A stretch of DNA of 64,000 nt. Source: Epithemia pelagica (taxonomy: Eukaryota; Protista; Bacillariophyta). Made by a program: the position numbers and the translations under genes. How positions within the stretch are numbered: position 1 is the stretch's first letter; every line of letters begins with the position of its first letter. This document shows, one piece after another, positions 24,389 to 35,629 of the stretch. The stretch covers positions 2,728,001-2,792,000 of the forward strand of contig OX337237.1 of the NCBI GenBank assembly GCA_946965045.2, read 5' to 3'. The notes below the pieces were generated by a model. It saw only the letters and a list, made by a program, of their open reading frames with translations. It ran no database searches and was not told the origin of the DNA.

Positions 24389-25396
24389 AAATCTACTTTA
24401 ATAGCTGAGGGTGGACGAGGAGGAGCTAGGGTGTGAGGAGTGGCTTAACTCCGAGAAGGGCAATAGCGACGAGGAGTGGACTGCCCCTGTGAGATCCGCG
24501 TAAGCGGATCGAGGGGGCAGTCCACGACGAGAAGCTATTGCCCGACGAGGAGTTAAGCCACGAGGAGCGCCCTGCGACGAGGAGTCCCACGGGGCTATTA
24601 AAGTATGTTAGCTTCCTTTGTCACAAGGAGTCGTGCCAGCGCACGCTAGGTAATTTTCAGTCTTCCTAAGTGATCGGCTCTCTCCTTCGATACTTAGGAG
24701 TCGAGAGCCAAATTATTATTATACAATTACGCTGACCCAACTTTTGATAGGGCACTAGGTAATCTTTAATTGTTTGTAAATAGCCATGTCACTTAAGTGA
24801 TCACATCCGATTACATCGGATGAATAATAACGGTTTATGCTTAAGTAACATTTGTCTTACATTTTTTGGAAGGCCAATCAAACTCCGAGGCGTGCCTCGT
24901 TTTTAAATAAGACAACAGAATACTTACGAGTAGAGTCAATGAATGTCCCCCATTACCCCCACGCCTCTTCTCTCCTTTCCCGTTCCCGACCCGACCCGAC
25001 CACGACCACTGAATAAACGACACAAACACAACAACAATGGGAAAGCTGACCAAGGTGAGTCCTCCTTCTCCGGGAGGATGGAGGATGTATCCATAATCCA
25101 TCCACCAACAAAAGCTCTACCAACTCCCAACTCACAATGATGGTGGATTGTTGCGAATTGCGAACCTCTGTCCATTGTCCATTCCTGGCCGTCTTTTGGT
25201 TTGTTTTTCGTTTCGGTGTTTGGGTGGTGCTACTTTTTGTTTCTTTTCCCGGGCTATTTTGCATGATTACACTAGAATAAAAAATCTACGTACAGTAATT
25301 TTAGGGGCTTAGGTAGTGTGAGTGTGGGGAGTGACTTACTCCTCAGTGAGTCCTCAGTGAGTGGGGAAGGGTAGGACGACGAGTGGTAAAGGTAGT
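24389..25396 (+). mobile_element. Non-autonomous copy 'B' (1008 bp) of the YR element, head-to-tail after A
   Basis: Same left end and hairpin (24394-24605) and same right end (...GACGACGAGTGGTAAAGGTAGT), with no long ORF. Collinear with the copy at 35877-37464. Confidence 0.85.
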
Positions 25397-25585
25397 ATTA
25401 ATACTTCCCGGTGTCGAGTCCTTTCAAGGAGGGACCGCCCGGCGCGGAGGGTAGAATGACGAGGAGGGCAATGGTCGAGGAGGGCGCACGCCCGACAAGA
25501 CAATTGCCCGTCGAGTCATTCTCCCGACAAGCCGGGCGCGCCCGACGCGAGAGGACGGCCAGACACAGGGAAGTAGTAAACTTAC
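25397..25585 (+). other. Divergent rod-like hairpin 'C', probably the left end of a related element
   Basis: Stems TTAATACTTCCC/GGGAAGTAGTAA, GTGTC/GACAC, GTCCT/AGGAC, CGCCCGGC/GCCGGGCG, GGGTAGAATGAC/GTCATTCTCCC, GGGCAAT/ATTGCCC and GGGC-GCAC-GCCC, with GAGGA/GACAA loops. It starts immediately after B's GTAGT end. Confidence 0.8.
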
Positions 25586-25804
25586 TCCCTATCAAGCTGT
25601 GTAGGTAGTGAGGATTTCCTGGAAGCCATGTCACAAAGTGTCACACAAGTGTCACACAAGTGTCACACACGAGAGGGAAACCGCGCGACTCGCACGAAAC
25701 TACTTTCCGGTCGTACAAAAATTCCTACTGTAGTATAAAAATGTGAGACGAACTACCTACACAGTCTGGTATGGAGTTAGTGGTGAACCTCCCGTCTCCC
25801 GTAC

Positions 25805-26370
25805 TACAACACTGGCTGTGTTTCCGTGGTCGTCGAAGAAGGCGGTAGGACAGTAGCGCTGGGGGAGATTGTTTCGACAACCCGACTGTCGAAGACACAC
25901 AATGGGTATGAGCAATCGGGACCACCGCAAAACAAAGTGCAAGAACCTGGAGAAGTTCTCCACTTGTCGTGGCCGCTGGTGGTTCCATAAACGCACCCTC
26001 CTTGTCCTCCTGCGGTTGGTTTTCCTTGCCGTCTCTTCTTCGAGATCGATATGCCCGACCGTGCTCCTGGAGGTCTTTCAGCAATAGGACGAGTACGTTC
26101 ACGATCTGCGTCAAACCCACGGAGAAGAAGTCCAATGGGAGATTCTGTGAGATACGACGACGCACCATCCTAACCAGACAAATCGTACTACGACAATGAC
26201 ACACTTCAACATGCAAGTACGATAGAGCAGGGATGAACGGTAGTCTTGAATCAACCAGAAGACAAAGCAATCGACAAATCGATGATGCCATTTGAGTGGA
26301 GGCATGGCGACTGGCGACAGTTTGATCTACAACTGTCTGAATCTTCGATTGAACCAGGAAATTCAATGGA
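25805..26370 (+). pseudogene. Internally deleted copy of the threonine aldolase gene
   Basis: 25850-26200 aligns with 46210-46560 (e.g. GAGTACGTTCACGATCTGCGTCAAAC) and joins directly to sequence matching the gene's 3' end, 47895-48030 (TAGAGCAGGGAT..., GTCGATGATGC, TGGCGACAGTTTG). It contains stops. Confidence 0.75.
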
Positions 26371-26769
26371 CCAGTTCGTGATGTATGAAGGATCAAAAGG
26401 AACCAGGATGGGCCAGCAGACAAAACAAGTCTGGTAACGAGTCCTACAAAAGTGTGTTTTAATATCCGAACTTGCATGGATTCTTTACGCATGGCTGCAT
26501 GCTCGGGGGACAAATCACTCATGGAATTTGTACAATACTTGTTACTACGATGGACTTTTACGGCAACGACGACGCAAAGCAACACCATTGACGAGAGATG
26601 TCTGAGTGTACAGGGGATACGGATACCACAAAAAGTCGGTGTTGTGTCAGTTGGTCATTGATAGTTTTTTCGAATGCCGAGCAGAGCTTGGGTTTGGGTG
26701 GTGTGTCGTTGTGTTGGCGTTTGAGGAGGCGCTCGCTTTGAGGGAGTTCGAAACGGTTTTAATGACCGT

Positions 26770-28695
26770 CGTCATCGCACACCGACACGCCGTTTCCCTG
26801 ACCCCGAACGACACGTTCGTTTTGAGTTGCCGTCGGAGGACAGTAGCTGGAGTACCCATTGTTTGCGTCGCCACACCACTTTTGCGCAGAACGCGTCCTT
26901 CTTTCTCTCAACGACCTCCGTCAACACCGACACCAACTCCTTTGCCACCATGGCAAATGCTCTCGACTGGACACATTGGAGCGACCCAGACTCAGGAGAA
27001 CCGTGCTACCTCGACGATCGATCCTTCTCGCTTCAAGCCACCACAGCACAACAGTTGATTGACGATTGGGACCCACGTTGTTTTGCCTCAAAATCGTTTG
27101 ATGCCGATAATCCTTCTTATTTTGATTTACCAAACATGACTCCCGAAGAGCAAGAAAAATGGTTCATCGCAATGGATCGGGAACTCGACGAACTGGAGGG
27201 CAAAGGAACATTCCGACTGGTGCCACGGAGCAACGCCCAAGGAAAGGAGATTGTCGACACTATGTGGACCCTCAAGAGAAAGCGTCTCCCCGATGGAACG
27301 ATCTCTCGCTACAAAGCACGTTTGGTGGTCCGCGGCGACCAACAAAAGGCCACGTTCGACAAAGAAGACACTTTCGCACCCGTAATTGATTGGCCCTCTG
27401 TTCGTTTATTGTTGATTCTGTCACTGCAACACAACTTGATCACTGCCTCCATTGATTTCAAGAACGCCTTCGTTCAATCCAGCTTGCCTGAACCCATTTA
27501 CGTCAACTTGCCATCAGGTTATGGAAAAGGCCACAACGATAAAGTTTTGGAAGTCAACAAGAGCCTGTACGGCGACTGCCGTGCACCACGTTTGTGGTAC
27601 GACTATTTGAAGGCCCGTCTGGAAACACTTGGTCTCACACCCGACGGAAACGATCCTTGCCTCTTCTGCAAGCCTGGATGCATCATGGTGACGTACGTGG
27701 ACGACGCCATCATCTGTGGAATCAATCAAACGGCAGTGGATGAGCTTCTGAACGGACTCACAAAATTAAAAATGGATTTTGACCACCTTGGCGACTTACC
27801 GACTTACTTGGGAGTTCAAATCACACGCTCCGACGACGGAAGCATGACTCTCACGCAACCACATCTCACTCGTAGCATCATCACAGCACTCGGCCTCACG
27901 GACAGTTCACCCAAGAAAACACCAGCAACACGAACACTCGGCAAGGACAAACACAAGCCTCCCTTCTCCGAAGACTTCAACTATCGCTCTGTTGTCGGAA
28001 TGTTACTCTACCTTGGGAACAACACTCGTCCAGACTGTGCCTTTGCAATCCATCAAGCCGCAAGATTCAGCAACGACCCGCGCGTTACACATGGAGAGGC
28101 ACTGAAACGCATCGGGCGGTATCTAAAGGGCACAAGTACACAAGGTTTGACACTTAAGCCCTCCAAAGATCTCACTTTGGACTGTTTCGTGGACGCAGAC
28201 TTCGCCGGTATATGGGGAAACGAAGATCCCCAGGATCCTTCTAGTGTACGATCACGTACTGGCTTTCTAATCTCTCTCGGCGGTTCCCCAGTGACATGGT
28301 CAAGCAAATTGCAAACGGAGATCGCACTTTCTACAATGGAAGCCGAATATATCGCCGCCAGCACCAGTATGCGGACACTACTTCCACTCCAACGACAACT
28401 ACGGAAAATGACTACCCATCTACGACTTGACAAACCTGGTGCAACCTCCATTACAACCATTTGGGAAGACAACCAAGCCGCATTGAAACTTGCCACAAAG
28501 GATCCCCCTCGAATGACACCGCGATCCAAACATATCGCTGTCAAATACCACTGGTTTCGCTCCAAACTCAATACCGGCCCAAACGGCATCCAAATGAAAC
28601 CGATTGCCACGGACGAACAACTCGGAGATTGTTTCACGAAACCTCTCGACACAACAATGTTTGAAACCTCCCGGAAGAAAATCATGGGATGGTAA
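26770..28695 (+). CDS. Copia reverse transcriptase + RNase H (inverted segment of pol)
   Basis: Motifs YKARLVVRGDQQ, IDFKNAFVQS, KSLYGDCRAPRLW, YVDD, DADFAG, WEDNQAA and KHIAVKYHW. The frame is open from 26770 and the PPT GAGGGCGAG precedes the LTR at 28716. Confidence 0.93.
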   Translation, partial: RHRTPTRRFPDPERHVRFELPSEDSSWSTHCLRRHTTFAQNASFFLSTTSVNTDTNSFATMANALDWTHWSDPDSGEPCYLDDRSFSLQATTAQQLIDDWDPRCFASKSFDADNPSYFDLPNMTPEEQEKWFIAMDRELDELEGKGTFRLVPRSNAQGKEIVDTMWTLKRKRLPDGTISRYKARLVVRGDQQKATFDKEDTFAPVIDWPSVRLLLILSLQHNLITASIDFKNAFVQSSLPEPIYVNLPSGYGKGHNDKVLEVNKSLYGDCRAPRLWYDYLKARLETLGLTPDGNDPCLFCKPGCIMVTYVDDAIICGINQTAVDELLNGLTKLKMDFDHLGDLPTYLGVQITRSDDGSMTLTQPHLTRSIITALGLTDSSPKKTPATRTLGKDKHKPPFSEDFNYRSVVGMLLYLGNNTRPDCAFAIHQAARFSNDPRVTHGEALKRIGRYLKGTSTQGLTLKPSKDLTLDCFVDADFAGIWGNEDPQDPSSVRSRTGFLISLGGSPVTWSSKLQTEIALSTMEAEYIAASTSMRTLLPLQRQLRKMTTHLRLDKPGATSITTIWEDNQAALKLATKDPPRMTPRSKHIAVKYHWFRSKLNTGPNGIQMKPIATDEQLGDCFTKPLDTTMFETSRKKIMGW

Positions 28696-28912
28696 GACGC
28701 CCGGTCGAGGGCGAGTGTCGAAGCAAACAACTGCCAACGAAAAACATCTGTCTCACATACAAAATTGACCTCAGCACTCACCATCACATTCTAGATCTAA
28801 TCGTAACACAATTCTGAAATTTACCAAAACGTACATCTACTTCCACCTACTCCCACTAGGACCAACCATGAACCTTCCAAACGAAAGATCCGACAATGAC
28901 CAACCCCAAGCG

Positions 28913-31831
28913 TGGTGCAGGATCCAACTCTGGCTCGCCCGGTTCATCTGCGAGTTCCAACTCTGGCTCGCCCGGTTCGTCTGCGAGTTCCAACTCTGGC
29001 TCGCCCGTTTCAGCTAAAGGTGAGGGTGGTGGTTCCAACTCTGGCTCGCCCAACTCCAATACGGAAGGTTCGGGCAAATCGGTTGTTTGTGGTCTTGGTT
29101 GTTGTCGATGCTCGCCCTCGACGGTTGGAGAGTCGGAACGAGGAGGCAAGGCGTCGATGTTAGAATCACCGGGAGGCAACCAAGAGGAATCCAAAGGTGG
29201 CAGGGGTCCATCAATAGAAGAGTCATGATCCTCCAGGTAGTGATCACGTGTGATGAAGTCCGGGAAGTCGCCACCGTCGGCAGGGGGTGTCCAGTCGCTT
29301 CGAACGGTGTTAAATAGCTCATCATGAACCACATGGAATTGGGGGCTGATGTGGCCGGTGGTGAGATTTCGAATCAACCCCACCGTTGTCGAATGTTGAC
29401 CGGAGAAACCCAAAAATTGTCCTTGGCGTGCACGAGAGTTCCACTTTGGAAGTTTCTTACCGTCTTGGAGACGAGGATCGAGGACATACGAAGGACAGCC
29501 CCAGACGCGAAGACGGCGAAGTTGGGTGCATGGTTCCTTTAAGCCGGTGAAGATTTCAAGAGGCGACAAAGCAGAGTCTGCGGTGGGAGTGTGGTTGTAA
29601 ATCCATGTGGCGTAGTCCAGAGCCATAGGCCACAACGTTGGGGAGAAACCATCAGGCCAGTGAAGATGGCAATGGATCATCATCGTCCGAGCCATGCTTG
29701 TCACTGTCTGAATGGCCCGTTCAGCGCCCCCGTTTTGATGGTGAGCGCCGACGCCCGAAACAGTATGAATAGGCGGTGGTGTTTGGACACGATCGGCACG
29801 CAAAGACTTCTCAAAGGCGGTGCTGGTAAGAATACCGTTGTCGGTGTGGTAGCGACGAACGGTCCGACCGACTTGGGAGGCTAGTGTTTCGAAGCTAAAC
29901 TTGGAGCGAATGGTGTCGCTTCCTCCGAGAGACACTTGTGGGTAAACGAAGATGGCTCGCGAAGCATGGTCGAAAAACAAGGTGCCGCCACAGAATCGAT
30001 GTTCAGGACGTTCCCGTCCTCTGGTGTTGTATAAACGGCCGCGTACGGATGATTCGAAGTGGTCAACAGACACCAATCCACCAGGTTCGAGTTTGCTACG
30101 GTCAGTTGGAATATGGCCTGCGTCCGGTCGAGGTTGTTTGACTGTGGTTTTGGACGGTCGACGACGTGCCTTTCCCAATAAGCAAGCATGGCATTTAGGA
30201 AGAGGACAGTTGAGGCAACTTGGAGTCCAAGGTTTCAAGCATGAGTCAGGACTGGTTTCTTGACAGTGGTATAGGTTTTGAATACGACGCATGCTCAAAT
30301 GTCCAAGGCGTTGATGATCCAACAAAAGATGTTTCTGGGCTGTTGTAAGGTTGCGGTTATTATCGGAAAATAACTCCGAAGGATGTTCTTGCTGCTGTTG
30401 AAAAGCTTCGGCTAAAGTTGCTGTTGAAGAAGATGTTTGTCGAAGAGGGCATCGGCACCAATTGGCATGTCCACATTTGCAACTTGGATCAGTGCTGTGA
30501 CTGGTAGTATTGAGAGGCTTGTGAACGTTCTTCGCCTTGACAAGAGGAAGGTTGGTCGAATGGTCAATAGGCACGGTTAGGCGGCCACCGATGGCGTCGG
30601 TCTTGATGCTTGCGAAGACATGGTTACTTTCGAAACTTGGAAAACGACGATCCAGATTCAAGTAATCGGCACAGACTTGGGGTGAACAAAGGCGTGTTCC
30701 GGCGGCCTTGCACAGGTTGGCTGGAAAGGTCCAGCGCAATAAGTCGCCGTTTTCGCTGATTGCGTCGTACGCAACAATGCCGGCACCGATGATAGGGAAC
30801 GTGTTTTCGTTGGCTGCTGTGGACATGGCTCCGAAGTTTCCGTATGTCAGTTCCACAAAATCGTCAGTGGACATGGTCAGTCCGTGGGAAGCTCCAGTAT
30901 CCAAAATAATCTGCAGTAAAGGGTCGTTTCCGCTGTTGCAAGAAGGATCGACGTGCATTGTGGGGTCTAGTCGTAGATTGAAGAGCTTGGAGTATGTTGT
31001 GGGTGTCATACAGTCAAAGCGAAAAAGGTTGCTAAAGTCTTCGCCAAGTTCGTGCAATTCTAAATCATCTGGATGTGGAATGATGATGTGTGGTGGCGGA
31101 CAGAAAGGTGCTTGTGTAAAGATGTGATCACGAAGAGTCTTGTCAAACACGTTGCCGAAACCTGTCAGGTGTAAGTATCTCGATTTGGGAACAAAAGGTT
31201 CCTGTTCAGTGTCGAAACCGAGAGAGTCAATCAAGGTAGTCCAACGTGAAGAATCCGAAACAAAGAAAGTCTCAAAAAGTTGACTTGCAACTTGTGTGTC
31301 CGTCAAAGAATCCACATAAGTCTCCCACATCTTGAAGCGTCGCTCGGCTCGGAGATGTTTGCGTCGGATCTCGCCCCAGAACCGAGGAGGTTGTCGAAGA
31401 ACTTGATGGCCTAGAGGGTATGTACTTGAAGCAAAACGGAGCTGGCGACGGTGAATGGCACAAGTAGAGCCGGGAGTGAGGACAATCGCATGATCAAGGA
31501 TCATCAGTCGAGAGTCAAAGCCACTGGGAGGAAAGGCGTAAGGGAGAAGGAAGTCCGAATCAAGCCGAGCCAAGTAAGGAGGAATCAAAGATACAGCCGT
31601 AGGAGCGAAGAAACCAGTTACACCAATCAACCAGGAGTCACAGACCGTTGAGACGAGGATCCAGAGGTAAAAAAGAGAGCCAAGTCGTCGTGCCCGAAAG
31701 GAACGGAACCACGTGTGGAGCAACGGAACCAACAATAAGACTGTCAGGGTGAGGATCAAAGGGCCGAACCAAGTCCAAAAATAGAGACTGGATAAGGACC
31801 AGAGGCCGTAACACCACGACAGAATCTCCAT
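28913..31831 (-). CDS. Copia protease + integrase (N-terminal part of pol)
   Basis: Motifs ILDTGASHG (aspartic protease), HQRLGHLS...C..C (HHCC), VSVDHF / HTDNG / QNGGAER (DDE) and RVWGCPSY (GKGY-like). 33-bp tandem repeats encode EPGEPELELAD near 28920-29010. Confidence 0.93.
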
Positions 31832-31878
31832 GTAAGTAAGAAAAGGGGCATGTGAGCACTGGAGAGATGCTCGCCCTG

Positions 31879-33324
31879 TTAAAAATCCCGGAGGCGAAGA
31901 GAGGATACCGACGCCGTAACACCATCTTGAGAGTTTGCAGTCGAAGGGGGCGTGCTATCGGAGGCATCGTTCGAAGAGTCGGTAGCAGTGGCGGTAGTAG
32001 CGGAGTTAGCCGTGGAGTCGGAGGTAGAAGCTTGAGGACGTCGAGCCTTGACTTTCGACGGATCATGTCGGGAAGTACTGTGGTTACCCCATCGACCTAA
32101 ACCGTCTTTGGTACCATTGGGACACAAACCACACCACCAAATCTTCTTGTCTTTGTTTAAGGGATGAGGGCGCCAATTGGGTTCGCCATCCTTGGGTGGC
32201 GTCGTATCGATCGGAAGGCAATTGCGACGACCAGAGTTGGAATCAGACGTTTTCTTGCTGTCAGACAATTTCTTGCTGGAGCTGGCGAAAGAAGAGCTAT
32301 CGTGACTACTAGTCGGCAACCACTTGTCGGCGAGTAAGAGATCGTTGTACTTGAGGATCACGCGTTCACGGAGCGCCACGAAGTCAAGAAGGATGGGGTC
32401 GTCGTTGTTCTCGAGACTATCAAGAAGGCTGAGAAACTTCGGAACGGTGCAAGTTTGGAGTTGCACAAAGAAAATGTTGGCGACATCCTTCGGTACGTGG
32501 CCACTCACGTTGAGGCGCATGATAGCGTTGTTAAACGTGGCACAAAAGTTAGGAATGTTCTCACCGGGATAGGCACTGACCGAGTGAGATTCCAAACGGC
32601 GAACGATGTGACGGGCGCCCTCGTGAGTAGTGGACATCATCTGATTAAGAATCATGTGGAGGATGAGTGGCCCACCTTGTTCGTTCTGTGGAATCGAGAC
32701 CAAACGGTGTTCAATATCGGAACAAAGCGAGGAGTCGCACGAGGCAAGTAGCAACTCTTGGGTCCAAGAAAGGTTCTGAGGATGAATCTTCTCACTGGTA
32801 TTTTCGGCGTACACTTGATTGCTGAGACGAATCTGGCCTTCTGAGAGAGTACAAGCAGACTCAAGTAGATTCGTAGTAGTCTTGGTGTCGTCAAGCGTGC
32901 CAGTAATCGGGTCGATAGGAAGAATTTGAAAGACGGACTGCATACAGTAGCTAGTCAAACGCCCTTTTAGGTTGAAAAGCTGCATCATCACCTTGTTGTT
33001 GTTCCCGAAGAAATCAGTGTCGTCCGTAATGCGAATGCTAGCTGTTTCCAAAGTAAAGGGAGGCGAAAGGGCAGACACTGCTTCGTTACGGAACTCGAAA
33101 AGGTTCTTCCCGCCCAGAGACTCGCAATACTTAGGTGTTACCGTGTCAGCGAAAGCGCCCAGCTCGAACTCACGACTTTTCTTGGCCGTAAACGTAATAC
33201 CGTTGATCGTAGCGGTGTCGCCATCCATGGTCGGCTTGGCGGCTTTCGTAGGCGTGGAGAAAGGAGAGTTAAGCTTCATCGTCGTTGACAGTAAGGGTTG
33301 CTTCAGAAAGTTTCCAGGTACCAA
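31879..33324 (-). CDS. Copia gag
   Basis: 481-aa ORF between the PBS and pol, with SWTQELLLASCDSSL, GGPLIL, YPGENI and a C-terminal WCGLC...WGNH zinc-knuckle-like motif. Confidence 0.8.
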   Translation of the reverse strand: MVPGNFLKQPLLSTTMKLNSPFSTPTKAAKPTMDGDTATINGITFTAKKSREFELGAFADTVTPKYCESLGGKNLFEFRNEAVSALSPPFTLETASIRITDDTDFFGNNNKVMMQLFNLKGRLTSYCMQSVFQILPIDPITGTLDDTKTTTNLLESACTLSEGQIRLSNQVYAENTSEKIHPQNLSWTQELLLASCDSSLCSDIEHRLVSIPQNEQGGPLILHMILNQMMSTTHEGARHIVRRLESHSVSAYPGENIPNFCATFNNAIMRLNVSGHVPKDVANIFFVQLQTCTVPKFLSLLDSLENNDDPILLDFVALRERVILKYNDLLLADKWLPTSSHDSSSFASSSKKLSDSKKTSDSNSGRRNCLPIDTTPPKDGEPNWRPHPLNKDKKIWWCGLCPNGTKDGLGRWGNHSTSRHDPSKVKARRPQASTSDSTANSATTATATDSSNDASDSTPPSTANSQDGVTASVSSLRLRDF

Positions 33325-34657
33325 ATATTGCTTTGGTTTTGCAATGAGGACGTCCAGTGAAAACCAATTTGTGAAGCGGTCGTGAAACTGTGGGAGTTGA
33401 ACGAATCTGAGACACAGTTCATCTTGAAAGGTAGCGGATGCAATCGGTTGGGAGTCAAGGGCTTTGTTTTCTTGAGTCTCTCCACGATTCGAGGGTTAAG
33501 TAAAGAAAGAGAACCTTGCATGTTCCAAAGCGAGTATGTAAGAAAGAGTATCAACACCCAGCGGTAGCGTTTGGGCTCATAACCTGTCGTTGTGTTGGCG
33601 TTTGAGGAGGCGCTCGCTTTGAGGGAGTTCGAAACGGTTTTAATGACCGTAACCGCTTGGGGTTGGTCATTGTCGGATCTTTCGTTTGGAAGGTTCATGG
33701 TTGGTCCTAGTGGGAGTAGGTGGAAGTAGATGTACGTTTTGGTAAATTTCAGAATTGTGTTACGATTAGATCTAGAATGTGATGGTGAGTGCTGAGGTCG
33801 ATTTTGTATGTGAGACAGATGTTTTTCGTTGGCAGTTGTTTGCTTCGACATGGTGTTTGTTTTCGTTCGGGGGTGGAGTTCTGAAAGACGATCGAACGAC
33901 ATGGAAGACAATGCCCAAGCTTGTAAACAACAGCAAGCCGTGTGTCACGTGTGTCCTCTAGGAAGCTCCTCCATCTCGTGACGAGGCAATCAATGAAACT
34001 TTCTCCACCGTCCGGACCCAACTATGAGCACAAGAAATGCGACTGGTTCAACGCAAGGAGAAAACGAAATTTATGTGTGCCTCGTGCCAGCCCCAAGATC
34101 CCACCACCCACCAAACACATGAATAAAGTGAAGTGAACCTCAAACCTCAACACTCGATTAGAACGACTGTTCGGAGATGCAACATGGAATAGTCTGGTTT
34201 ACGTTCGCGCTCTCCTTTCTGAAAATCTAATTGTCCCCTCTTTGGGGGATCACCCTGAACCCTGACGTCTGAGGTTGCGTGTTGCGTTGTTCGAATTTCG
34301 ACATCGCAATGAGACTACTCTACCCTTGACCGTTGACGTCCTGGATTCCCTCTTTTTGAAGTGCGTGAATCTCGATGTGGCCGCAAGGAGAAGTACGTTG
34401 TACGCTCGTCTGTTTGGAGTACTCGTTACTCGTACTACTCAGTGGATTGGAGTATTCGCACGAATGATTGTTTTCAATCCGAATATAGCATGGAGAACAG
34501 CTCACATAACAATACGAGCGATAAGGACATGAGGACACGATGTCGAAGTCCACAATAGGCACAAAACGTCATCATCGCATATATTTGGCTAGTCGCTGCA
34601 CTATCGACGGTCACAAGTGGGTATCTTGAATCTCTTTTTGCTTTGAAGAATAGCAGC

Positions 34658-35302
34658 ATGGACGAACGAGATCTACGAGGAGGTGGTGGTATAAGAGGTG
34701 GAAGAAGAGGTGGTGGTGGTGGTGGAAGAGCAGGAAGATTTGAAGGCAGAGGTGCAGGAAGAGGAAGGGGTAGAGGCAGGGGAAGGGGAACAGATGGAAC
34801 GGAAGGGGGGTCATTACGAGGGCTCAAGACGTCCATGAAGTTTGTTACCATTTCCTCCCTCAACGTGACGACGGACGCGAAATCCAAGTTGTCAGCAGCA
34901 TTTCTCAAGGCAGCCGCGAACCCCAGCAATGGGACAGTGCAGGTACGTATGATGCTCCGCAGGCTTTGGCGGATGCACTCCGCGCAATGTTGTTCATACA
35001 GGACTTAATCTTATGCTTTTGTCTTCAGAATTTGGTAAACGAAGTGAATAGAAACACAGCTATTGCATCTGAATGGTAAGTTCACCATGTATCATGAGCT
35101 ATTGACAGCGGTACTTGAGCACCGATTCCAACCTCACCACCGTTCCATTTTTCGTGGTTTCTACGTTAGGCACATTGTGGTTTCCGAAAGTCCAATTGGC
35201 TGCAATGCTACAAATTCGGAAGTGTTGTACGGCCATACCGAGACGGAGGATTGTTATTTTCTTGCGTTTCGATCGCGGAGTCGCTCTTCAGAGTCTGAAT
35301 AA
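34658..35302 (+). CDS. Possible small spliced gene with an RGG/GR-rich N-terminus
   Basis: GGRRGGGGGGRAGRFEGRGAGRGRGRGRGRG tract. Candidate introns 34943-35028 (phase 0) and from 35076 to an AG near 35169. No recognisable domain. Confidence 0.3.
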
Positions 35303-35629
35303 AGCAACACTCGCTGCAATGAGATAATGCCAAATATTGCATTCAACATGCATCTACCCCCCAGTTGGCATGATGATCAAGATGGTAGTAACCTGAAATA
35401 AGAGGCATGGAAACTCATTTAGGAGAGAATTGTTGACACAATTAACCTTTTGGACTCATGGGAGCGCGTTGTACTTTCTCATTGAGAGCTACCGCTTTGA
35501 CGAGACCCACGCCGATAACGCTGAATCCTCTTGACGAGACTCCAAACCCCCAAAAGCAGGGGCCCCAGCAGTAGTCGGGTCGCATTACCCCCCCGATGCC
35601 GATGGGTACTTCTAACCCCAAATCAGGAA

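Larger units (their letters stand above)
26704..33850 (-). mobile_element. Young Ty1/Copia element with an internal 2.1-kb inversion
   Basis: TGGTG TSD at 26699-26703 and 33851-33855. 5' LTR 33585-33850 (266 bp, TGTCG..CGACA). PBS GGTTATGAGCCC (33573-33584), Drosophila-copia-type half-tRNAiMet. The 3' LTR is split into 28716-28912 (+) and 26704-26769 (-); I saw one LTR mismatch. Confidence 0.95.

Noticed and set aside
19039-24670. The two hairpin copies read as LTRs/direct repeats flanking the YR gene (DIRS/Ngaro-like)
   Set aside because: The second copy is the start of a separate element with its own right end (25396), the solitary copy at 35877-37464 has both ends, and there is no RT/RNase H gene.
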